Shown: in pieces, positions 34,620 through 44,806 of the stretch
Numbering within the stretch: the first letter of the stretch is position 1
How the letters are laid out: each line of letters begins with the position of its first letter
NCBI GenBank assembly: GCA_030770535.1
Contig: JASVEC010000127.1
Span: forward strand, 1 to 44,806
Length of the DNA: 44,806 nt
Reading direction: 5' to 3'
Source of the DNA: Batkoa obscura
Taxonomy: Eukaryota
Notes under the pieces: generated by a model
What the model saw: only the letters and a program-made list of their open reading frames with translations
Told to the model about the DNA's origin: nothing
Database searches by the model: none
Position numbers and translations under genes: made by a program

Positions 34620-36344
34620 ATGCAATCAAACATACAAACTACTTCCCGTAGTTCAACTAGATGCGACAGATGCATAAAGCTTCATCGAAAATGTAATAGA
34701 TCATTACCAAATTGTCAATATTGCGAAAAAAGGAAAGCGTTGTGCACTTATTTAACAAAGAATATATATAGCAAACAGCTGCTTACAATAGAGGATAATA
34801 TATCTAGTTTTAAGCTAGAAGGGTCAGCAAAAAAAAGGGTCGCAAATAAAGCTAAATTGCAAAAAGAAAAAATAGAAAGCAAAGATATGCATAACAAGGG
34901 ATTGCAGCTAGTTAAATCAATAAAGGCTTTTCAAAATCAAACGGTATTAGAAATATTTAGAAGCTATCCAGACAAGAGGTCTTTCCAAAATTTGATGACT
35001 TTATTTCAATATCCATCACTATTTAGTCAAAACGAGAATCAATCTGTTTTGCTAGACCTAAGCTTAAAATTTGCACCATTAGTAAAGAGCCAAAGAACAC
35101 TTAGACCACATAGTATACCAGAAACAAGAAGGATAGTAAATTTAAATTTAATATTAAATAAAGCGTATGAGAGTTTTTTTATGTATAGTAATAAAATATT
35201 CCCAGTACTTATAAGGTCACATTTTGATATTTCTTCAAAGGAAGATCCTTTAAAAATGTCGATATTATTAGTTGGTTTAACCTATATGGAAAAAAGTGAA
35301 GTAACTAACTACCTTGAAGGATATTTCAAAAGCAAACTTAGAATTTATCTTGGTACACCTCATTTAATCAAACCGACGTTACAAAATGTGCAAGCAATTT
35401 CTGTACTATTATTTTATTCACATTCAATTAATTGGGTTTATTCTCAATTTACAAATTATCTTGGATATTGTGCAAAAGCAATCCACCTTTTAGGCCTAGA
35501 TTCCTATTCCAATAAAATCCATCCACATAAGTTACTCGAAAGAGCCATGCTGTACTCATGCCTAACAATGCTTCAAACTTTTATTATTTTAATAACTGGA
35601 TTTTATTTGTCTATGCCACGAAAGCCAAAATATTTGTTATATCAATATTTTAACGTTAGGGTTAACCTTGCAATGAATAACAAAGTGATGCTTATTACCA
35701 AAGAAAGCTTTGATATAAGTTGCAAAATTACGATGTGTTCATTTTATTGTGATTTAAGTTTAATAGCGTTCCATATTCGTTTACTAAAAGAAAGTTATAT
35801 AGTCTGTAATGATGATATAAGGATAAAAGAAGTAACAACACATCTGTTGAACAAAATTAAAAAAGTGAAAGAGCATTACTTTACTATAATTATTCAACTA
35901 GGTATACCATCATATACAGGAAGCTTAAATCCATCAATTCGAGTCTATATAAATGTCATATTATTTCTTTGTCATTTTTTGAAATTTTTTTCATTATCTC
36001 TAAAATTTTATCATCCTATGCAAATAGATACATCTCACTTTTCAACTCAGTTTTCACTAGAAAACGAAACAAAATATTTAAACGAAATATTAATTGAGTG
36101 CCATTTAACTATTATTTATGGTACAAAGTTAAAGATACTTGAGATGTTTAGCTTTGGGTTGGGTATAATTACTCAATGTATCATCTTTCTTATTCGGTAT
36201 AAAGCAAAAAGCAGTCTAAGTTTCAATAATACGGTTGAAAATGGATTATACTATTTGAAACAGTCAAGTAAAATTGAAATATTTCACACCATGGCTACTA
36301 TCAATATTAATATTATTGAATACATCAAAAGTAAATATGCTTGA
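34620..36344 (+). CDS. Zn(II)2Cys6 transcription factor, paralog 3 (574 aa)
   Basis: CDRCIKLHRKCNRSLPNCQYCEKRKALC. Confidence 0.92.
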   Translation: MQSNIQTTSRSSTRCDRCIKLHRKCNRSLPNCQYCEKRKALCTYLTKNIYSKQLLTIEDNISSFKLEGSAKKRVANKAKLQKEKIESKDMHNKGLQLVKSIKAFQNQTVLEIFRSYPDKRSFQNLMTLFQYPSLFSQNENQSVLLDLSLKFAPLVKSQRTLRPHSIPETRRIVNLNLILNKAYESFFMYSNKIFPVLIRSHFDISSKEDPLKMSILLVGLTYMEKSEVTNYLEGYFKSKLRIYLGTPHLIKPTLQNVQAISVLLFYSHSINWVYSQFTNYLGYCAKAIHLLGLDSYSNKIHPHKLLERAMLYSCLTMLQTFIILITGFYLSMPRKPKYLLYQYFNVRVNLAMNNKVMLITKESFDISCKITMCSFYCDLSLIAFHIRLLKESYIVCNDDIRIKEVTTHLLNKIKKVKEHYFTIIIQLGIPSYTGSLNPSIRVYINVILFLCHFLKFFSLSLKFYHPMQIDTSHFSTQFSLENETKYLNEILIECHLTIIYGTKLKILEMFSFGLGIITQCIIFLIRYKAKSSLSFNNTVENGLYYLKQSSKIEIFHTMATININIIEYIKSKYA

Positions 36345-36469
36345 AATTTAAATTTTAATAAACTTTCAACTTCATTGTTTTATAAGCTATTGAATGTTAA
36401 TACTATTTATTATTTATAATTTATCAAATAAAATTCTTATATTCGACTAAAAAGTAAAAAATAAATAAT

Positions 36470-36565
36470 GGAGATATTCTTTTTAACTTCATTACTTTTT
36501 CTATTTTAAGCACTACTTGAGTGGAAAGATTGTAGTAAAATTCTTAAACAAAAAAACACCCCCCC
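36470..36565. mobile_element. MITE copy
   Basis: TAAT TSD, family core. Confidence 0.88.
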
Positions 36566-36962
36566 TAATATTATTAAACTATGTTTAAACAAATTTGTAA
36601 AAATAAAATCAAAATCAAACAAATAATAACATATAAAGCCAATCTTCCTGTATACCTCTTAATACCTTAAAGCAGCCGCTACTCTTTATATTTATCATTT
36701 GATCATATTAAAGTTTACCAAGTAGTAAAAATGAAATAAATATAGTCAAATATTCAATTAATGGCTTTAAGTGTATACACAGATCCTTGGTACATACTTA
36801 TTCTTTTCGTGTTTATTATCTCAAATATAAAGTAAATGACCACGATTTTATATAAAACTTGAATTAATTGCTTATTATGGCCCTTTGTATGAAAAATTAG
36901 CATTGAAAGTGTAAAAAATTTGATTGTATTATCTCATTACACATTATTTTATTGTTACAATT

Positions 36963-38666
36963 TTAATTAAAATATGAAAGTTGGTTAAAAGTAGTTGCTA
37001 GATGTCTTGGTAATTCATAGTGATCAAGGGCACTCTTAATGGAATCTAAAGCAAACCTAGCTTGGCTTGAGACTCTTTTACTATTATATGTTTGTAATAG
37101 ATTTAGTTTTTCTATCATTTTCAAACAAATATTCTCACTTTCGTTGTATAACTCTAAGTAGTTGTTATCTTTAAAATGCAGTATATTGAAATAAAAATAT
37201 ATACTATATATTATTTGACTTAAATAGGGTAGCTCATAATTTGCGTGGTATTGAATCTCGTCGCCTCTAGGAGTAAGTTTAATAAATGAAGTATTTTTTA
37301 GTACATTTAAGTAGATATCTTTATCTAAAAAGCTTTCACTAATCTTGTTAGAAATCTCGAATAGCAACTCTATTTCATGTCTTGGAAAAATAATTGGTTT
37401 TGGGTATATCAACACTGAAGGGTAATACAATGAAATAAAATTTGTTTGTTGTATAATATAAAAATAATAATGCAAATTAGAGCCGTAATTATCTTCTCGA
37501 TCACCGTCAAATTGATAGGTTTGATTCAAGTTTAGAATAGAAACCAAACAAAAACTGAAATCATCTGAAGATAATTTTAATTCTTCGACTGGTATTTTAG
37601 AATAATCTTTTTCATTATACTTTAGTTTTAATTTGTATACATGATTGGCTATTTTCATATTAACTTCCCCTATATTCTTTACAACTGTGGTTTGTAACCA
37701 CTCTCCAACAAGTCCCTTTTTAACTAAAGATTTAAAATCGAAGTTGTTTACTTTCCTACTATTTTGAATGAATGGTGATAGTACCTGAATATCAAAACGT
37801 ATTAAAGGAAAATCAGGTATGGTAGAGCATAATATAAGATAATTTACATACAGCGTTTTCCAAAGCTTGGTTCCTTTTTCAAAATCACTAGAATTAGCAA
37901 ACTGGTTATCACAATTGTTATAATTCAAGCATTCTGCCATTCTGATAGCAGAAGTGTAATAAAGTTTGGCTTTAGCATAATTGAAATGTGTTAAACTAAC
38001 ATAGGTTAGCAAGCCAAGCGCAACAATATCGCTATAAGTAGGTGAGGAATAAGCCAGTGGTAAGAGCTGCTTTATTTTCCTTAAGCAGCTTCCATATATA
38101 TATTTGTAAAGGCTTCCCTTGCGAGATAGTGTAAACCTTGCTAACATTGCTAAATATGCGCAAGATAATAAATCAGGCTTTCGATTTAGATCAACGTATT
38201 CATTCAAATTCTCAAACCATAATTTATAAGGGTCGATTACTTTGACAAAAACTTCTCTCCCTTGTTCTAAGAATGTACCATATTTTTGTCCGATATTTAT
38301 TATTATTTTATTATCTATAGTAAAATAACGTTCATTTGAGTCATAGTATTTGTGAAAATTTAATATAGCCGACTTTATCTTATACTCATAAGCGAGTATC
38401 TCTGTCTCATATTCGATACATTTTATGTTATTTTCATTCAACTCTTTTAAAATAACATTAATCCATCTTATATATTCTAAAAATCTTAATTAGTGTTATT
38501 TGATTATTTTAAAATTACCATATGTTAGACCTTTAATATCCTTATTACTACACTGTAATATACTTTTAGAATTGTTTATTAATATCTCCAAGTTGTCAAG
38601 TCTTATTCTAAACGCGTCCGCTTGGCTTCTTATTTTTTGGGGTCGATTCCTCTTTTTTACTTCCAT
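36963..38666 (-). CDS. Fungal TF middle-homology-region-like protein without a visible zinc cluster, 2 exons, ~553 aa
   Basis: Predicted exon 1 is 38666-38519 (MEVKKRNRPQK...RLDNLEILI). A 42-nt GT-AG intron 38477-38518 joins it in frame to ORF 36963-38441. PTYSDIVALGLL...YYTSAIRMAECLNYN...LWKTLYV resembles the Fungal_trans domain. Confidence 0.7.
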
Positions 38667-39147
38667 TTTTCAAAGAATGATTAGAGAAGCTTGGCAAACT
38701 TAACAAATTTTAATCAAACTGGATTTCACTAAAAACTTATAATTTGGTCTCAATTATTTAACTAAAATTGCAAATTTGGTTCAATCCTAAGTAGTGGCTT
38801 TAAATGGTGACTGTTTTACAAAGGGGCAAAATCGTGAAAATTCTAGAACATGAGAAATTTTAATTAATTTGAAAAGGGTCAAAACTTAAAATCATTTTAA
38901 TAATATTGACCTCAAATATCAAATATCGATAAATTAGCTACAGTTTCATTACTGTTTGATTCATGACAATATTAGTATTGTTTATTGTTTATCTTTAATA
39001 TATGATGTATTGACTTTTTACTATTCCTTTTAACTTAATTATCAAAAAATAGGCTAGAAACCAAACAAATTATGAATAAATTAGTTTATTAAAATTCTAA
39101 ACAGGCTAATATCACTAGCTAAATATTGAAATAACTTTTAAGACGCC

Positions 39148-40221
39148 TTAAATAAAAAAACTCTCTAAAGCGGAATGATTTGAGTTCTTAAACCCATGCC
39201 AGATAGGCTTTGCGTTCTTTGATTGAATAGGATTAAGTTGACTGGATTCTGGTTGAGGGTAAGAAGAATTAAAAATTTCTAATAAATTGGTAATCACTTC
39301 TTGAAGTTGACAGTCTGCATTTATCATATGGAATGGAAAATGTTTCATCAAACATGTTACTGAACCCATGTTTTGTTCAAAAGCTTTGTAACGGGTAAGA
39401 ACAAGTTGTTCACTAAGATCAGTACATCTTTCTTCTATAAGGCTTCCTTTACCACTTTCCAACACCTTTTGATTATGCAATTTGGCTTGCATACCCCTTT
39501 GCATCTGACGAACTAAACTGGTTTGTTTTGAAATATACAAAATGGCTACTTTAAAAGAAGGTAAAGGGAAACGTTGGGTCAAACCAGTGTTTAGAGAAGA
39601 TTGATTAAGCTGCTTTAACTTGTTAGAAAGATGAACTAAACAGTCTACCTGTATCTGGGTTCTCGGAAATCCATCTACAATTAATGGTACTGATTGATCA
39701 CGTTCCATACATGCAAATATTAAATGTTCTAATACCGTAGCATCATCAATCATTATACCTTGATCAATTAGTTCTTTCATTGCCGGTGATTTTAATAAAG
39801 AACTCATACAAATTGGCGTATTTGTTGAGCGCTGGGCTTCAATTATATGCGGCGTAACCGTACCCTTTCCTGAGCCTGGTGCTCCAATTAAAAACAAGAT
39901 ATCTCTTGGCATGGTAAAATTAAGTAAACCTACTTCATTTTCTATTTTTTCCCACACACTATCAAACAATTGTTTTGATTCTGTAACGTTGATGTCTTGA
40001 GTAGAAACTGAACTTTTTTCTACTAATAATGAGGATGCAGGTTCAAAGTTAGAACTGGTAGTAGACAAATTGCGCTCCTGTTGTTTGAAAGTAGAAATTG
40101 GCTTATTTGGAGTAGAGTAGGTTTGTAGTAATGGTTTATAACTAAATCTTAAGGTCGGAGATAATACACCACGTAATGGACGAGCTAAAGGAGATATAAT
40201 CTTTGGGCTTAAAGTATTCAT
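39148..40221 (-). CDS. Adenylate/NMP kinase-like P-loop protein with probable mitochondrial presequence (357 aa)
   Basis: FLIGAPGSGKGT P-loop, IVDGFPRTQIQ motif, Arg/Ser/Leu-rich acid-poor N-terminus. Confidence 0.88.
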   Translation of the reverse strand: MNTLSPKIISPLARPLRGVLSPTLRFSYKPLLQTYSTPNKPISTFKQQERNLSTTSSNFEPASSLLVEKSSVSTQDINVTESKQLFDSVWEKIENEVGLLNFTMPRDILFLIGAPGSGKGTVTPHIIEAQRSTNTPICMSSLLKSPAMKELIDQGIMIDDATVLEHLIFACMERDQSVPLIVDGFPRTQIQVDCLVHLSNKLKQLNQSSLNTGLTQRFPLPSFKVAILYISKQTSLVRQMQRGMQAKLHNQKVLESGKGSLIEERCTDLSEQLVLTRYKAFEQNMGSVTCLMKHFPFHMINADCQLQEVITNLLEIFNSSYPQPESSQLNPIQSKNAKPIWHGFKNSNHSALESFFI

Positions 40222-41688
40222 TTTAAACTAAAACTATTGAATTAAATAAAAAATGATAAATTTAGTTTTATATTTCCATTAAAATAAGTTGGAAGTGATG
40301 TTAAAGATTGAATTAATAGATTTGAATCTTAAATTTGGATCTTGTTTGTTTAAATATTAGCTAAATTTGATATATTGGGGATGGAGTTTTATTCAAATAT
40401 TTTAATTTGGGAATTAAGCCAATGAAATCTTACTTTTTGCCCCACCCCCATTTTAAGCTTTATAGTTATTTAGGGTTTTAATTAGTGGATTAAAGAGGGG
40501 CATCAGGTTGATCTAAAAGGTAATAAAAATTACCAATCATTTAATCATTATTGAAATAATGCTTAGTTGATTACGTTAAAATAAAAGGGAAAATGTTATG
40601 TTGGTAAAGGATATGATCTCACCTTCTGCTTAAAATATATAATATCCGATTTAAGCAGAGTTATAAATAGTATCAAATTTGTAAGAAACTTACAAACTAT
40701 ATTGTTATTAAGCGATGATAAAGAATTTTATTAATTTATAATAGTATTGTTTTTGAAAGTATAAAATAGTAAGTAATTAATATAAAATAAAATAAATTAA
40801 AACAAAGTTACAATTTCACATAAGTTTATTGAAATATTAACAAATTTGGGTACATTATAGTCGGTATTGGTTAAACATTAAAATTTAATATCAAATATTA
40901 ACTTTGTCTTGCGAAATAAGCACTAGACCTATATACCATAAGTGGGGTCATTGATCAATATTGTTTTTATGCGCGATAGCTTAAAGCCGTATAATTATAA
41001 TATTAAATTCAAACACTTTAAAGTGTAAAACATAAATAACCGCTTGCTAACAAATTATTATAAATTAACTTAATTGCATTACTACATTAATAAATTAGGT
41101 ATTTTAAGAAAAGGCTTTTAGAGAGAACTGAAATTAATATTAGTATACTTACCTGTATGTATGAATAATATCAGAAAACATTATATGTGGTACCTCATAA
41201 AGCTCTTACTAATTTATAACTCCTCCAAGATTTTAAAAAATAATACTACATGTCTTACTAAAAGTTAAGGGCAGTAGTTATAATCAATAGTAGTAATATT
41301 ATTAAAAACGTTAGCCATTTTTTATTGTTTAGTCTCTCTATATTTAGTATATTCCTTGATTTAAAAAGTTTAATAAAATCACTAATAAAATAGTAAAAAG
41401 CTTGTAGTAATTAAAGTTGCTGTAAAAGGATAAAAACATAATAAAATATAACGAAAATAAGACTATAAATATATTATTTGATTTTTATAAGCTTTGGATG
41501 GTGCTAGATATAAATGAGTTTGGTAAAATTTTATTCTAATTTTATTCCTTGTAATTTTGGGGTAAAGTTAATGTAAGAATTCTTTATAGTGCATTTTGTA
41601 AACAATATTAAAATTGAAATTAGAATTAAAATCCAAGTATTTTTATTTAATTTGTGACTTTACTGCTTATAAGCTAACTTAGTTGTAC

Positions 41689-43371
41689 TTATTTTTTGGC
41701 GTTAAATATATACAGTACAGCACTAGCCAGCTCAATATTATAATAAGCCACATTAGCTACTGTCCCAATTGTAAGTAAATACTTTAAACTATTTAAATAC
41801 TTTTGAATAATTGTATCCACTTTGACTTCCGACTTATGCTTAAATCTAGCTAAAAATATCACTACTTGTAGAGCCATCCCTAGTTCAATATTTGTTAAAT
41901 AGTTGGCAGGTAATTTTAAACAGTAGTAAAGAGTTAAATAACCCTGGATTAAAACTTTAGTTATATAATTGCTATCGTTACAGATGAATTCAGCACGATC
42001 AAACTGATAAGATTTACTTGAGTTATAGAACTTTAAAGAGAGTATAAAGTAGATATAATAGTTACAAATAAGTAATAGTTTATAGTGTTCATAACTCATT
42101 TTTAAATCAAATTGAATCTCAACGCTCGTGAATATGATCAAATAATTTTTTTCAAGTTTTTGAATCCTTTCTATTAATTGTTCAATTTTCAACTCATTGA
42201 CTATTTGGGTTTTATCTAAATTCACATATTCATCCTTTAATACTCTAATTGCAAATGTGATTGAACTCAATTCATTGAATAATGAAGTGATAACAATACT
42301 ATAACAGAAATCAAAATCCACTTTACATGCACTATAATTTGGCCTTCTCTTTAAAAACAAACTGTTTAAAACCTTCTTAAAAGCCAAGTTTAATATTTTA
42401 GGGCGATAGGGTAATATTATACTGGAGCCAAACGATAATGATAAATTAATAGAAAAAAGGTTCATAACAGAATATAGCATGACTCTTTCAATTTTACAAA
42501 CAAGTGGAAGGTCATTAGGAGTTAAATGCAGTCCAATTGAACTAGAAGAAATAGTTAAAAAATGAAGGTATCTTTCAATATTTGGAGTGATCCATTCTGT
42601 TTTATAGCATCCAGTAATCATTATAAACACACTTTGGATATTTTGCAATGTTAGTTTAATCCTATAAGGTGTTCCTAGTTCTTTATACAACTCATTTACA
42701 ATAAATTTTATTATTTTAGCTATTACTTCGTTTGATTCCATTCCATACAACCCGGCCAATAAAATACACAATTTTAACGTATTGCTTTTACTACCAAAAT
42801 CAAACTTAGATTGGATAAAAAGGGGGTAGCTTTTATTACTCGTGTTAAAAAAATGAGCATATGCTTGTTTCAATACTGGATGCCAACTTTGAAACTCCTT
42901 TTCTACTACTATTTGTTTCTTGTCACTACTTTGCTGCTTTATGTAAACTTTAAAACCTTCACTTATTTTTAAGATAAAACTAAGGCCAATACTCGATTTA
43001 AGCGGGGAGGGATATAAAAAGATAGTCATTAAGTTCTCAAATAAATTCTTATTGGTGATACTATTTAGTATTCCAAGGGGTGTATACGGGTTATTAAAAC
43101 AAGCTGGTAACTTTATTATTTTAGTTTTATAGCGAACTCTTGTTTTTTTAATATCATTTATGTTACTTTTATTATTTATATTGACTTTGAAGTTGTTTAT
43201 ATTATTTTCTATAAAGTGTAGCTTTTTGGTATGTTTTGGTTTTCTTGTATAACTGCATTGCTCCTTTAAATCAATACATGTGTCGCAGCTAGGTTTTTTT
43301 CTATCACATTTTCGGTGTCCGTACGTGCATGTGTCACAACTATGTGCGCTCGTATCTATGCTATTGGTCAT
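41689..43371 (-). CDS. Zn(II)2Cys6 transcription factor, paralog 4 (560 aa)
   Basis: CDTCTYGHRKCDRKKPSCDTCIDLKEQC. Confidence 0.92.
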   Translation of the reverse strand: MTNSIDTSAHSCDTCTYGHRKCDRKKPSCDTCIDLKEQCSYTRKPKHTKKLHFIENNINNFKVNINNKSNINDIKKTRVRYKTKIIKLPACFNNPYTPLGILNSITNKNLFENLMTIFLYPSPLKSSIGLSFILKISEGFKVYIKQQSSDKKQIVVEKEFQSWHPVLKQAYAHFFNTSNKSYPLFIQSKFDFGSKSNTLKLCILLAGLYGMESNEVIAKIIKFIVNELYKELGTPYRIKLTLQNIQSVFIMITGCYKTEWITPNIERYLHFLTISSSSIGLHLTPNDLPLVCKIERVMLYSVMNLFSINLSLSFGSSIILPYRPKILNLAFKKVLNSLFLKRRPNYSACKVDFDFCYSIVITSLFNELSSITFAIRVLKDEYVNLDKTQIVNELKIEQLIERIQKLEKNYLIIFTSVEIQFDLKMSYEHYKLLLICNYYIYFILSLKFYNSSKSYQFDRAEFICNDSNYITKVLIQGYLTLYYCLKLPANYLTNIELGMALQVVIFLARFKHKSEVKVDTIIQKYLNSLKYLLTIGTVANVAYYNIELASAVLYIFNAKK

Positions 43372-44082
43372 TTTTTAGTCTTGTATTTAGTTTAGCTTTT
43401 AAGAAAGAAAGTAAGTTAAACACAAGACTGGTTTATGAGAATTCCTATTTAATTTATGCATCTGTTATCTTGGAAAAACTTTGAATAAACATAGGTCTCT
43501 TTTTTAGCACCAAGCTATTTAATTAATTTCCAACATCATTAGTAACTACTATTAAGCTAGTCTATACCTAACCAATAAGATTATTTATCTTGTTATTTGC
43601 TATTGAGTTTAATTTTTTACATTTACTTGGTTGATTCTACTCATCCAATAATATATCGAGATTTTAAAAAAAATTGCATCTCCAAAAAATAACTTTGAGT
43701 AGCTTCTTCCTAAATAGGTGAAAAAGTGTTAGTTAAATAATAATTGTTATTCATTTTTAAATAATTAGTTGTTTAATTTATATAATAAAGTAAGAGTGTC
43801 AGTTATTAAATATAGGTAGTAAAAATCATAAAGATATAACTAACAGGATGCATATGAAACATAAAACAACTTTTGCAAAAAAGATACGAAAAGGCTAATT
43901 AAATCCTGAAAATAAGTACTTATTGACCCAATCTTAAATTAGACCAATAAAAATGGATGAAATAGTCATGAAAGCAATTAAAAAGCGAAGATGTAATTTG
44001 ATGACGAAAATATAACTATAAAAGATAGCGATAAAGGGTTAAATCTTTATATTTTAACTTGTAACTTTTATAACAACACAAA

Positions 44083-44784
<702 letters not shown>

Positions 44785-44806
44785 TAGGAGTATGACTTAA
44801 GACTTT

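Noticed and set aside
95..36565. Reading the MITE as Tc1/mariner type with TGGGG termini and a TA TSD
   Set aside because: Copies flanked by AGGA, ATAC, ATCT, ACAT and TAAT fit a 4-bp TSD with GGGG termini better.
21173..38703. Short ORFs 21173-21415, 21825-22082, 26652-26852, 30599-30871, 33158-33367, 38500-38703
   Set aside because: Antisense shadows of real genes or, for 33158-33367, a short non-ATG frame without support.
40626..40696. Two adjacent small hairpins (TCTGCTTAAA/TTTAAGCAGA and TTTGTAAG/CTTACAAA)
   Set aside because: Short stems, no recognisable ncRNA or element boundary.

Overview
Very AT-rich eukaryotic DNA. The short GT-AG introns, Zn2Cys6 regulators, UBP14 and TPI1 indicate a fungus; an early-diverging lineage such as Entomophthorales is my inference only. 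The window has two parts. (1) About 1-18 kb is a gene-free transposon island. It is dominated by five full or partial copies, in alternating orientation, of a ~2.45 kb DNA transposon (length without its inserts) with a Sola2-like DDD transposase, GGGG...CCCC termini and ~22-bp imperfect TIRs. A ~99-bp MITE family (about 25 copies or fragments, 4-bp TSDs) has two ends that correspond to the left and right ends of that transposon. The MITE has inserted three times into the transposase gene, and that dead master was then duplicated. Relics of a Ty3/Gypsy pol, Tc1/IS630-type transposases and two solo LTRs are also present. (2) About 19.5-44.8 kb is genic: a 6-exon UBP14, five Zn2Cys6 transcription factors (four intronless paralogs), one related factor with no zinc cluster, an adenylate-kinase-like gene and the 5' part of TPI1. 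MITE copies are scattered between the TF genes. All alignments were done by eye and no database search was run.
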